Source: Squalus acanthias
Taxonomy: Eukaryota
Reading direction: 5' to 3'
Assembly: GCA_030390025.1 (NCBI GenBank)
Contig: CM059434.1
Span: 18,166,001-18,230,000, forward strand
Length of the DNA stretch: 64,000 nucleotides
Part shown: piece after piece, positions 25,311-37,640 of the stretch
Numbering within the stretch: the stretch's first letter is position 1
Layout: each line of letters starts with the position of its first letter
Position numbers and translations under genes: made by a program
The notes under the pieces: model-generated
What the model saw: only the letters and a program-made list of their open reading frames with translations
The model's database searches: none
Told to the model about the DNA's origin: nothing

Positions 25311-26781
25311 AATACAAAAGCAAAATACTGTGGATGCTGGAAATCTAAAATAAAAACAGAAAATGCTGGAAATACTCAGCAGGCCAGGCAGCATCTGTGG
25401 AGAGAGAAACAGAGTTCACGTTTCAGGTCGATGACCTTTCATCAGAACTGGAAAATGTTAGAAATGTAACAGGTTTTTTGGCAATTGCAGAGGCAAGGAA
25501 AGGGGGGAGTGGAGGAAAGAACAAAAGGGAAGGTCTGTGATAGGGTGGAAGGCAGGAGAGATTAAATGACAGAAGGGATGATGGTGCAAGGCAAAGGGAG
25601 ATGGTAATGGGGCAAGTAAAGAAACAAAAGATGGGTCTAGAGGAGGTGTAAATGGCAAAAGCAGAATCATTACCAGTACCTGCTCTCCGAAAAAATGGGA
25701 GAGGTTGTTATGATCTGAAATTGTTGAACTCTATGTTGAGTCCAGAAGGCTGTAAAGTGCCTAATCGAAAGATGAGCTGCTGCTCCTCGAGCTTCCATTG
25801 AGTTTCATTAGAACAGTGAAGGAGGCCAAGGACAGAAAGGTGGGAGTAGGGCGGAGAATTAAAATGACAGGTGACCGGAAGCTCTGGGACACGCTTGTGG
25901 ACTGAAAGATCACCCAATCTACATTTGGTTTCCCCAATGTAGAGGAGACTGCATCGCGAGCAGCGAATACAGTATACTAAATTGAAAGAAGTACAAATTA
26001 CTCGCTGTTTCACCTGGAAGGAGTGTTTGGGGCCCTGGACGGTGGGAAGGGAAGAGCTAAAAGGGCAGGTGTTGCATCTTCTGCGCCTGCACGGGAAGGT
26101 GCCGTGGGAAGGGGAGGGGGCGATTGAAGAAGGGACCAGGGTGTCGCGGAGGGAGTGGCCCCTTCGGAATGCTGAAATGGGAGGGGAGGGGAAGATGTGT
26201 TTGGTGCTGGCATCGTGCTGGAGGTGGCGAAAATGGCGGAGGATGATCCGTTGAATGTGGAGGCTGGTGGGGTGGAAGGTGAGGTCAAGGGGAACCTTAT
26301 CGTGGTTCTGGGAGGGAGGGGAAGGGGTGAGAGGAGAATGCGGGAAATGGAACGGATACGGTTGAGAGCCCTGTCAACCACGGTGGAGAGGAATCGTTGG
26401 TTGAGGAAAAAGGAAGACATATCGGAAGCACTGGTATGGAAGGTGGCATCATCAGAACAAATGCGACGGAGATGGAGGAACTGGGAGACTGGAATAGAGT
26501 CGTTACAGGAAGCGGGGTGGGAGGAAGTGTAGTCAAGGGAGCAGTGGAAGTCAGTGGGCTTAGAATCGATATTAGTCGACAACCTATCCCCAGAAATGAA
26601 GGTGGAGAAGTAGAGGAAGGGAAGGAGATGAACCATGTGAAGGTGAGGGAAGGGTGAAAATTGGAAGCAAAGTTGATGAAATTTACCAGTTTGGGGCGAG
26701 AGCAGGAAGTGCCACTGATACAGTCATCAATGTACCGGAAAAAGAAGTGAGGGAGGGGACCGGAGTAGGACAGGAACTCAG
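25311..26781 (-). mobile_element. Penelope-like retroelement, truncated and frameshifted (RT C-terminus plus GIY-YIG endonuclease)
   Basis: Minus-strand frames give FFRYIDDC (RT motif), KPTDFHCSLDYTSSHP, and LVYCIRCSRCSLLYIGETKCRLGD...LEEQQLIFRLGTLQPSGLN (GIY-YIG). Confidence 0.9.
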
Positions 26782-26794
26782 TCCCACACACCCA

Positions 26795-27070
26795 TAAGCT
26801 TTGCCTCTTCCGATCTCTGTAACCTCCTCCAGATACAGCTGACCCCCCCACCCTCCCCCAACTCTCCAGCCATCCAACTCTGGCCTGCTGTGCATATCCG
26901 TGCCTTCAGCCGCGTAGGCCCCACACTCTGGAATTCCCTCCTTAAACACTTTTGCTTATCCATCTCCCTCTCCTTAAAACCCACCTCTTTGATCAAGCTT
27001 TTGGTCACTGCGACTAATATTTCCTCCGTTGGCTCAGCGACCCTTTTTGTTTTGATTCCGGATACCTGCT
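26795..27070 (+). mobile_element. L2-like LINE 3' end
   Basis: RAFSRVGPTLWNSL followed by ccttaaaacccacctctttgatcaagcttttgg. Confidence 0.75.
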
Positions 27071-28337
27071 TGTTTTGTTTTTTTTATTTTCCTCAGCCCC
27101 TTAAATGCAGTTATGGTTCATAAAAAAAAAATACTATTAAATACCAAGTGAGGTTTTTTTTTCTGCAAAAAATGAACCAGCATCTGGAACTCCTCATCTC
27201 TGTTGACATATTCTGCTTGTTCAATGGCGGGCTGTGAGTAGACCATTAACCGCATTTTAAATAATTTCGAAAACAGTGTGCTGCTGTTGCACATAAAACA
27301 CCATTGGAGATAGCACTTAATTTTTTTCCAAGTCTGCACCTCACACCTCTCACATTGAGCAGCGAGAACTTGATTCCCTACTCATTAGGGATTTCGATTC
27401 AGTTCAGATGACGTACATGCACACACCTTACATATTTACCCGTGCCTTCAACCGTGCCGTGTTGGCAACGTGTCAGATTGCGAGTTGAACACATGTGGTG
27501 CAGCGGGAGGCAAACTGCATTTAAACCAGCTCATCTGAATTAGCTTGATTCAAAGCCATTGAAATTGGAATGCTTTTAAGCAACCAAGGGGAGGGTCTGT
27601 TTTCTTCGCACTCATTGTAGTAAGGCTGATCTGCAGTTTTTTAATTGCTAAGTTTCAATTCCAGAAGGCCAACCCATCCGAATTAACAGCAGTGGTGTAA
27701 ACAAGCTTTTTTTTTTTGGTCATTAATCCATGCGAAACCTACCGAGTGCGTGGCAGTTCGGTAAAAATTAGGTTGCTGTTAATGTAGTATGAGCCGCGGA
27801 GAATGAGACAAAGCCCTTGGACTGTCGACTGGGCTGATTAAGAGAGGTCAGTCATGGACGCAAAAAAAAAAGTGCTGGGAATTTCAAGCGAACCCGAGCA
27901 CCCGAGCAATGTTAGCTTTAGGAGCCTGACGTGAGAACTCATTGCCTAAAGGCGATAATTCATTTCAACTCCTGTCATTTTTCTTTCTTCGTCATTCAGC
28001 AGGAACACTTAACTGCCCTGCTGCGCCCCTGGTAACCGAGCTTGAGGGAATATGCTGTCTGTCTCCTGGGTTCCGTCGGAAAATTGCACAATTTTTTTTA
28101 CTGTGTTGAGAAATTTAATGCGGTCACTTATAAGGAGAGACATCTATCTCACCAAGTGCAATTACGCCAAGTATTGCAAATTTTTGAAACCTCACCGTCT
28201 CACTGATGTTTTAAATTTGGAAACGATGCATTATGCTGTTGGCCTATTTTTATATTTTCCTGCACTCAATAGAAAAGAGAATGAAGCTCATAGTTTTGCT
28301 GTTAAAATCATTCCCAACAAGTACAAGTGATGGTTTT

Positions 28338-28946
28338 GGGGGCAAAATTCGGTTGCTTTGCCCCTAAGGGGGCGCTAACGGGACGCAAAGCAACTCGTGC
28401 CCGGGCGCGGCGCCACTAACGCCTCCCGCAAAATTCAGCGGAGGTTCGCGGTAGCCGGTAGCGCCCCGCGACGCTGCGCCTCCGGCAATGATGTCATCAC
28501 CGTGCGCTGCGCCCTGCTCGCGCCCTGGCCGCAAACTTCGGTTGCGTCCCCTGACGTACCGCCGGACGCTATGTCTGACGGGATAGGAGGGTGTACGTGC
28601 GGCTGGGGCGGCGATATTTAAAGGGGAGGTTCCGGGCGACCATTTTTTTTTTTGCTGGCCGCCTGTCAGCACCTGCCCCCCTCTGCCATCTCCCCGCGGG
28701 GTGCCGGCCGCGATCGGGCAGCCCAGCACTCCTCTTGCGTGCCGGGCTCTCTTGCTGGCACCCCGCTCCCTGGTGGCCCAGCTGGGCCCCGGTTCGCGCT
28801 AGCGCAAGAGGGAGGAGCAGCACTTCCAGTAGCGCCCCACCTCCTGCTTGGGCGCTACCATCGAATTTTGGGCGCGGGGCTGCTAACATTTTCGGGGCGC
28901 TAGCGAAGTTAGCGCCTCAGAGGGGGCGCGACCCAATTTTTGCCCC
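28338..28946. mobile_element. PIF/Harbinger-like MITE, family B
   Basis: TIRs gggggcaaaattcggttg ... cgacccaatttttgcccc with ttt on both sides; CpG-rich; left arm similar to the 12366 element. Confidence 0.8.
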
Positions 28947-28974
28947 TTTGTCCTTTAATACCTTGCAGAAAACA

Positions 28975-29250
28975 TGTCTTGAGGTTAGGGTTGGATGACC
29001 ATGTCCTTGGAAGGAGAAATATTGGCCACGATTCCTACTTCTGATCGTCATCTGGTGATTCCTAATGGAAAGTATGTGTGTGGGCGTAGAGTGAGGACAG
29101 GCTTGGCTCTGATGCAGCCCCCCATGGTTAAATAGCCGTCACCATTCACTGTTCATAATTCATGCCTTTGGAATGACAGCTTGGGTGAGATACTGAAGAG
29201 CTGCCAGTATCTGTGAAACTGTGCAAGTCACGATGTTTAGAAGGTGAAGC
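28975..29250 (+). mobile_element. Degraded SINE of the 3733 family
   Basis: gattcctacttctgatcg...gtgaggacaggcttggctctgatg...aaatagcc. Confidence 0.45.
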
Positions 29251-29451
29251 ACAAGAGCAAAAGAAACTAGAGAAGCTATATGGTCATTGTTGAATCAAAA
29301 TGATGAAAGCAATTCATTATTGAATAATCCACGCAGGTAGCAAAGTCACTTTTCCCCCATATAAGTATCATGTAATAATGTTTCACTTAATTTTTGCTTT
29401 ACAATCTTTTTATACCTTCTCTTTTAAAATAATATTTTTTTCTTGTTTTAG

Positions 29452-29475
29452 CCGGAGGAAAAATCGCAGTCAGAG
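29452..29475 (+). CDS. NAV2: NAV2 24-nt microexon (phase 0-0): PEEKSQSE
   Basis: Long T tract and ttag acceptor, donor GAG|gtaagt; matches NAV2 PEEKCQSE. Confidence 0.92.
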
Positions 29476-29559
29476 GTAAGTGTACCTTAATATGATTCAA
29501 ACGTTTGAAATTGGTGGTTAACTATTCAAGGTCCATGACACCGAATGAAATTACGAAGC

Positions 29560-30780
29560 ACTTGTCGAAGCTTCAGTTAATCAGGGTCAGTGCACACAAT
29601 CTTCAGAAGACAGTTTGTGTTACCGTGTCGAATAGGGAGATAAATGAAATGTAGCAGATGTTTAGATGGATTTTCAACAAGTATTTGCTGAGGCGCCACT
29701 TAAGTTGACTTATGGCAAAGGATGCTATTTGGCATAAAAGGGCATGTGGCCACATGGATACAGAAATGGAGAACAAATAGTACAGGACTGGGGTAAAAGG
29801 AAATTTCTTGGATTGGTGAGTGATGTTCCATAGGACCTTATGTTGGGGAAGCTATTATTTATTATACATATAAATGATCTGGTTTCGAAAATTGAGGAAA
29901 TACTATCAAAATGTGCTGTTAACACTAAACTTGGAGGGGTGGGGGTGGATGGGATATATGGCAAATTGTGCCAATGATTGTCAAAGACCACGGGAGGAAA
30001 TAGATGGGCCAGAAAGACAGCAAATGCAGTTCAGTGTAGAACAATATGAAGTCATATGTTTTGGAAGTAAGAACAGCAGAAAGTAATACACCTTAAACAG
30101 TAGGGTTTTCAACGGATCAGAGGGGTCTTGATGTGCATATTCATAGGTCTTTGAAGGTGGCAGTGTAAGTAAATACAGCCATAAAAAAGTCAAATAAAAT
30201 CTTTGGTCTTGTGTGCAATGGCAATGGATACCATTGGAGGAGGCAATGTTGAACTTGCAGAAGACCCCAGTCAGGGCACAGTTGGAGTATCATATAGTTT
30301 AGGCACCCCATTGTTGGAAGGATATAAAAGTAATGAAAAAGGTTCACTGTAGATTCACTGCAATGTTAACAGGGAAGAGGATTACAGTTATGACGAGAGC
30401 CTGAAGAAGTTGGGGCTTTTTTAGACGGTTAAAGGTTGACTTGATGAAGCTCTTCAAGATCTTGAAGAGTTATAATACGATAAATAGCAATCGATAATGA
30501 GACAGTAACAGGAGGGTGCAAATTTAAGGTAATTAGAAGAGAGAGGTTAGAAAAAAACCTTTATACAGAGGATGGTTAGAATGTGGAATTCTCTGCTAAA
30601 AAAAAGCCTTTGTTGAAGCAGAATTCGTAAGTTATTTTAGAAGGGAATTCGATAGTTGCTTGAAAAGGGAATATTACAAGTTATGTGGATTAAACAAGAG
30701 AGTTTGATTACACTGTATGCCTCATGGGATGAAAAACACTGGATTCAACTGGATGGGATAAATGTCCTGCTTCTGAGGTG
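29560..30780 (+). mobile_element. Old, degraded CR1-type LINE (RT region to 3' end)
   Basis: Remnants of CR1 ORF2 motifs (gtagatg...gattttcaa; tatataaatgatctgg; gttagaatgtggaattctctg) with many stops and indels. Confidence 0.7.
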
Positions 30781-30882
30781 TCCCAGAAGTAACGTGTAAA
30801 TCTATTTAAAATATATTACATTTTCAGTGCAGCATTGTAATGCAGTTTGTGACATTTAATTTTGTGGCATTTTGGTTCGCAG

Positions 30883-30957
30883 ATCCGCAAACTTCGTCGA
30901 GAGCTCGATGTTTCCCAGGAGAAAGTGGCAGCGCTCACGACACAGCTGACTGCTAAT
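30883..30957 (+). CDS. NAV2: NAV2 coding exon (75 nt, phase 0-0), coiled coil: IRKLRRELDVSQEKVAALTTQLTAN
   Basis: cgcag acceptor, donor |gtaagt; navigator coiled-coil peptide. Confidence 0.95.
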
Positions 30958-33009
30958 GTAAGTAAGCATTAGGAGGGAGGAGTGGAGAGGGGTCTGGGGA
31001 TTTAATGCAGCTATCATTAAAGTTATATTAAGGTGCTCAGAGGGAATTGGTCTAGCTGTGCAACTGTGAAAACTTGCTTTTACTGTCGCACTATTCTACA
31101 GCAAAGGGGAAGCTATAACTTGAAATAAATATACTTCAGTTGTTAATGGTGAGCAGTGTAATGCTTCTGTTTGGTTACCCTTCCACACTCAAGTTCATGG
31201 GATTGGCTTAGATGGTTACGGTGATCATGTTGTTGACAGACATTGTTAATGAGTGAGGACATTTTTACTCCCTCTTTATTAGTTGAACAACATTTTAATC
31301 TAGCTATTATTTCTCCCAAAATTATTTTCTGTTGGCCACAGTTCCAAACATTACAGAATACAGTAAGAACAAGATACAAAACATACAGAAAATGCTTCTG
31401 TAAATAATGCATGTAAAGTAGGGGGAAAATGAAGTTGCCTCCATCACTCAAGTGTATGACTGCCATCTAAATTTACTTTCTTCAGAAGCCTGCTCCGTTA
31501 AATGTATTATAAGATTCATTTAAGTGAACAATTTTACAGACTTTGCAGAAAATACAACTCAACGTTGCAAGTAGGAATCCTGTTCCTCTCTTTCACAAAA
31601 AGTATTATCATTATATTTTCAGCTCTTTAGTTCTCCCCATACATCCACGTACCATCTCTGCTTCACTAGATGGCAGCTAGGAAGTGCTTGAGACCTATCC
31701 AGGGTGACCTGACCTCTTAGCTCTTCCTTCCTCCTTTATGGGGAGTGTATGGCCTCTGCTTTGTGTCCTCCATTGATAGCAGTGATAAATCAGGAATTTG
31801 CTTATTTTGTTGATGTAACAAGGTGAAGGGCCAAGGCCCATAATGCAGAACGCTGACAAGGTTAAAAATAGTAGTTGAGAAGGCTGAATAAATCACCAAC
31901 TAGCGATTAGCTGACACTGATTTGTGGTTTTTGAAGTCTGTAGATTATTGGAAGAAGGCAAGACTGAAGAAGGTGAAGAGTTCCATAGTTCTGAAGTCCT
32001 GGGAAAGAATGGGCTAGTATAGGGGAGAGAGTGAGGCATCGTCATTTCAACTACAGGAGGTGGCGTATGTAGGGCAATGCTGTTGTTGGTGCGTAACACA
32101 CCATAACATAAACACAGTAAAATATCAACACACTAAGCCAAGGCACAGCTGATATCTTTTTAAAAGCATATCTACAACCACGTGCTTTCCTGTTTTCTTG
32201 GTATCTTTGACTTAAAACACAAGGCTGCCTCCAGTTTTCCAAAAAAAACCATAGTTTTTAAAAATTAAAATGATTCAAGTATTTGTCACCATAGAAGCGG
32301 AGATAAGATATCAAACATTTTAAAAATGGATCAAATCAATTTTGTAAAATCGCTTTGAAGTCTGTTGGTCAACAACAGAAAAGAATTGGAATTTTACAAT
32401 CATGCCTGGATCAGATTGTTTGCCCACCTTGGTTTTTTTCCATACAGTTGCCAACAATGGTTTTACACAGTATGTTGGATTTTTAATTTGAAGAGTAATT
32501 CCAAAAGATGAAACGGTTGGAAGAGGTACATAAAAATTTGAATAAAACGTACGCAATTCTGCTGTGTAATAAAGTTTGTTAAATTGCTGCAAGGGTTGTA
32601 AGTTACTCCCATGGCTCTGTTGGTAATTACTTGGGAGATCGATGTTTGCAGAACACCAGAAATGTTATCAATCACAAGTTCCTTGCTTAAATTAACCATG
32701 TTTAACGTTGTAGCCTAGAGTGGCTTTGCAACTGTATATGTAGTTTGTGGTCATAATTTGTAATGGCGTTGTGTTTGAATAATGAGGGTGACTGCAAATC
32801 ATATTTGGTGGTTTATTATTCATATTCTCCTTGCTACCTGTACACTCTTTGTTGTTTCCCTGCTGGCTTGGCATTATTTATGAATAGGATTGTACATTGT
32901 TACATGATTTTGGGTCAAATTTCATGATGCTTCCACATTTAAAAAAGCTAAGTTACACCAGTTCTGCATGGTGTTAATAAAAAAACTAGCAAATCAAAGC
33001 TAAGGAAGG

Positions 33010-33725
33010 GAGTTAATGAAACAGTTAAATAAGGAAATGAAGTGTCATTTTAAATAGGAAGGAAGGGGATAAGGAAAATAAAAACAATTGATAGGAGCAA
33101 TTAGAAAAGAGGAATAGGTGAGATAAGCATACAAATAAAAAGAATTTAGCAAAGTGGTAGCATGCAGAAAGAATAAAGGGAGTAGAGGAGGATCTAAGTG
33201 AAGAGTAAATAATTTTGAGTAGCCAACACAGATTTCAGAAAAGAAGATCGTGTTTGACAAACCTGATAGAGTTCTGCGAGGAATAGATTTGAAACTTGAA
33301 GAATTGGGGTCATTTTAGTTAGAGCAGAGGAGATTTAAGGGGTGTTTTGGCAGAGGTGTTTAAAATTATGAAGGGATGCGACATGATGGATAGAAACAGA
33401 CCATTTCTAGTAATTGAGGGGTCTAGAATGAGGGATCATAGATATAAGATTAAATGTAAAAGATTTAAGGATAGAGAGCAGGGGAATTTTTTTTTACACA
33501 GTGGGTTATGAGGCTGGGGAATGCACTACCAGAGTTGCTGATTGAATCAGAGACCATGTCTAAATTTAAGAATGCGTTAGCTAGGTGATTGAAGGAAAGG
33601 GGAATAAAAGGATGTGGGAACAGAGCGGGCACGTGGGTTTGGGATTACTGCTTGTGTAGAAGATCAACAGCAACATAGGCTGATTGAGCCAAACACCTGT
33701 TTCCTTCTTGTAATTTCTATGTAAT
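33010..33725 (+). mobile_element. Old CR1-type LINE fragment
   Basis: ttagagcagaggagatttaagggg...gaggtgtttaaaattatgaaggg...tttacacagtggg; tttctatg tail. Confidence 0.7.
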
Positions 33726-35602
33726 TTCTACATAGGTACGCCCTTTAACTGGCAGATGTACAGCTTACTTGGGTAATGAAACAGAATAAAGTTGATGAAG
33801 TGTGTGCGTTCAAGTGTGCGTGCCCATTAGAAAGCTGATCCACTAAGTTCTGCATTTCTGTGGAACTTGGGAGGGGCACTCACCATCTGAGCCCTTGCCT
33901 TGCTCTGACATTTAAACCCCATTAGAACTTAGTGCTTTGTCCTGTGCTTCCTTCCTCAACATCGCTGTGGTGGTTGGCAGGTGATGCTCTTCATGTGTGC
34001 CCAGTTGACCACTAGGGCTTTTCTTGTTCTGTGACAAGAACAGATGGGACATTACGAGCACATCACCACAACTATTGATTTGAGTGCTTCATTGGGTATT
34101 ATGTGCTTTCACACAATTAGCATGCACGGGAATGTTGATGTAACATTGTGCACATCATGGAATATCTAAATACTATGGTACGAACCAAAAGCTCTGCATA
34201 CCCCTCTGATCCCCATATTACAATGTCTCCCAAACTCTAGATTTAATCAATTGCAGTGGAATCTTGATGATCTGCCGCATGCAGGTGACCCTCTCTGGGA
34301 AATAATCCAAATTGGCAGATAAGAGAGTCTCCAAATTTGAGTTCTGCCACCTTCCACCGACCTGCCTTAGTTGTTAACTCTAGAAGCACTCAACTCTATT
34401 ATGCCTGTCAACATGCTCCCCTCCTACCCCAAGGCCCCCGACTACAGAGATCAGAACTAAAAGTAACACGCGCTCGTGTCAGAGATTCCGACAGTAGCCT
34501 GTGTGACACTCCCTTCAGCGGAGCTACAACTTTACAGTTCTGTGAAGGTAGAGGCCTGAAACTAGGAGACAGTCGTGTCGAAGTTGCTGAACCGATCTGT
34601 GATAAAATGTAGCCATCATCATTTTATAACCGGCATCACTGTATTTCCATTATTAAAATTGTACTAAATCTCGCACTCCTACCCTCATATTGGTAGTGAT
34701 ACGTTATCTGATTTGTTGAATGTAAAATTGGAATGTAAGGGGGTATGTTCAGATTTAATCTTTGAAGTATTCCTTCAAACCACCTCTCTGTGTTCGGCCT
34801 AAACCAGCTGGCAGAAGTAATGTTAAGTGAGTGACCTTGCGTGCTCACCTGTCAGCACCTTGTCTGGAGGGAACGTTTCATTTCCTGCCAATTTTTCTTG
34901 GCATAAGTGCTCCTGTGGTGGTCATTTATTTTTGGTTGGGCATTCAGTGATTAAAAACGTCTTTGACTATTATTGCTCTTGTGATCCCTGAGTGTTTTCT
35001 TTGTAAGCACGAGAAGAGGAGTGTATCAAAACCCTGCTTTGTGCTAATGGACAGGTGCGGGACCGTTACATGTAGTTAGTTGCCCGCCGATTGTGTTGTA
35101 GAGTCTTCTGAAGGTAATGCAGAGATATGGAAAAATGAGCTGTAGAAGTGGAGAAATGGAACCTTTTGTTTGTGCCTGTAGGGTAGAGTTTGGATACATT
35201 TCCAGCACGCCAAAAATAAAAGTGGAAGATTTACTATTTGAACTAGAAGGACAGTAAGTAGGGCTACAGTTTGCTCGATCATAAAATGGGAGGATAAACG
35301 CCCAATTTCAGTGCTGTTGAGAGTGGAACCCAGGCACTTCCCATGGGAAAGCTGAGGTGTCAGAGAGAGCGTCACTGCTGAGAATTACTGTACGCAGAAG
35401 CCAGTTTTAGACCAATACGGACATAATATCAAATCATGGATGAAGATGGTGTGAGAAAATCAAAGAAGACAGAGGGGAGAAAAATTCCACAGCAAGTAAA
35501 ACAATTGCACATGCTTTGAATCCAGAATCTGTGCATTGTCTTATATTAGTAAAAGAACTTATAATCTATTTTGGATCGTATAGTTTTTGACAACTAAGAT
35601 AA

Positions 35603-36140
35603 ATCATAGTCATAGAAATTTATGGCACAGAAGGAGGCCATTCGGCCCATTGTGTCTGTGCCGGATGAAAAAGAGCTATCCAGCCGAATCCCACTTTCCA
35701 GCTCTTGGTCCATAACCTTGTCGGTTACAGCACTTCAGGCACATATCCAAGTACTTTTTAAATGTGATGAGGGTTTCTGCCTCTACCACCCTTTCAGGCA
35801 GTGAGTTCCAGACCCCCACCACCCTCTGGGTGAAAAAAGTTCTCCTCAACTCCACTCTAATTCTTCTACCAATTACTTTAAATCTATGCCCCCTGGTTAT
35901 TGACCTCTCAGCTGAGGGAAATAGGTCCTTCCTATCCCCTCTATCTAGGCCCCTCCCAATTTTATACACCTCAATCAAGTCTCCCCTCAGCCTCTTCTGT
36001 TCCAAAGAAAACAACCCCAGCCTATCCAATCTTTCCTCATAGCTAAAATTCTCCAGTCCTGGTAACATCCTCGTAAATCTTCTCTGTACCCTCTCTAATG
36101 CAATCACATCTCTCCTTTAATGTGATGACTAGAACTGTAC
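35603..36140 (-). mobile_element. CR1-type LINE 3' end
   Basis: IALERVQRRFTRMLPGLENFSYEERLDRLGLFSLEQKRLRGDLIEVYKI...FFTQRVVGVWNSLP. Confidence 0.92.
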
Positions 36141-36419
36141 AAAATGTTTTGATGTAAACTAGATCAGCACTTTCATGTAATTTATTTCTGTGACTATTTT
36201 CCCTGGGGAATTAAGAAAGGATTTAAGTATTGGAAATTTTAGCCCACATAAATTCTTTCTCACTGAATGCTACATCAACATTATGCCACTGTGTTTATTT
36301 TTCCCCCCAGAGAGTGACCAGGCAAAGAAATATACAATTCAAATTCAGGCTTGAAATAAGCATGAGCTTATTAGCTTGTAGCCTTAGTGGGCATTGAGGA
36401 TTTGTTTTCTGCTCTGATA

Positions 36420-36790
36420 GCACGGTGAGTACATGCACATGATGTGGTACTGAGCCATTTAGACCAGGAAAGCCTAAGGTCCAATGCCTGATGTAAGTTG
36501 AGTTAGCCAGTATTTCGGACTACCAAGGTGAAGGAGGAGAAAAGAAAATCGCCTAAGTTTTGGCTCGTGATCTTCACTATGTAGTGTACTTTGCTGATGT
36601 TTTTGTGTGGATGTTGGGTGAGATCAGGACTGGGCGTTCTTATGATAGCTGCCGCGCTCAAATAGTTGCTGACGTTCACTGCTCGGGCCTACAGGAAATG
36701 TGGGCACCAGGCCTGCGTCACCCTTGGAATCTAGCCCCAATGTGACTCACCATTTTCAAAAGTAGAAAGGAAAGGGGAGAAAATCAGTGG
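36420..36790 (+). mobile_element. Degraded SINE of the 3733 family
   Basis: tgagttagc...gtggatgttgggtgagatcagga...caaatagttgctgac. Confidence 0.45.
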
Positions 36791-37640
36791 AGAATTGCAA
36801 CAGAAAAAAAAAATCTGTTTTGCCAGAATGATCAATGGTTTCTTCTTCTGAACTCATCTTACGAATTGCGCACTTATTTGTACAAAAAGGCTTAAATTCC
36901 AAGCCAGTGATACTGTTGAATGTTGTTTTCTTTCCCGGGGGCATGTTGGTATTGTGTTCGTTTAGAGAATGATCTATTTGGCAGGCTGGTGAAAAGTGCT
37001 TGCAAGACAGATAAGTACAGTATGTTTGGTATCTTATGTTTAGGGATTACTGGAGACACCAAAGATGGGTGATAAGTACTTTTCACTTCGAAACAAGACA
37101 GCATTAGAGGATCAATGTCTGGTATCAGAGGAAGATGTGTTGCTGCATGCCAAAAAAAGGGCACCAACAGCATTTCCCTTCTATCGAATTGTTTCACCAG
37201 TGTTGCTTTTTTTGAAAAATTCCTGGGTTTGAAAAACAATTGTGAAATTTAATGATAAGTTTGACTTAATGTCATTTGCATTTTGAACAACTTTAGTCAA
37301 TAAGTTGTTTGGATTCCTATTTTTTTAATTTTACATTTATTTCTTCAGCATTTAATAGCTAAAAAGAGCATAACAAGCTGCTCCCACAATGCTCACCTGC
37401 TGCCCTGTTGGCCTGTAGTCTGTTCTTTAATCACTCAATAACCATAGTCGTTTAATAAATGCCTCGTAATGTTTTGATAACCTGCTCTTAAAAGGTTGTA
37501 TCTTGTTAATTTCAATAGGAGGGGTTTCCACGCCTAAGATTTTCCAATTGGACTTTTGACAGTCAACTATAAATCCACTCAAGTCATGACTCGCTGGCTA
37601 ATGAAGTCTCTGTTATGAACCTGTGCAGCGCATTGCTTTA

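Noticed and set aside
28364-28998. Cluster of ORFs suggesting a CpG-island gene
   Set aside because: Lies almost entirely within a TIR-bounded MITE; the open frames reflect GC richness
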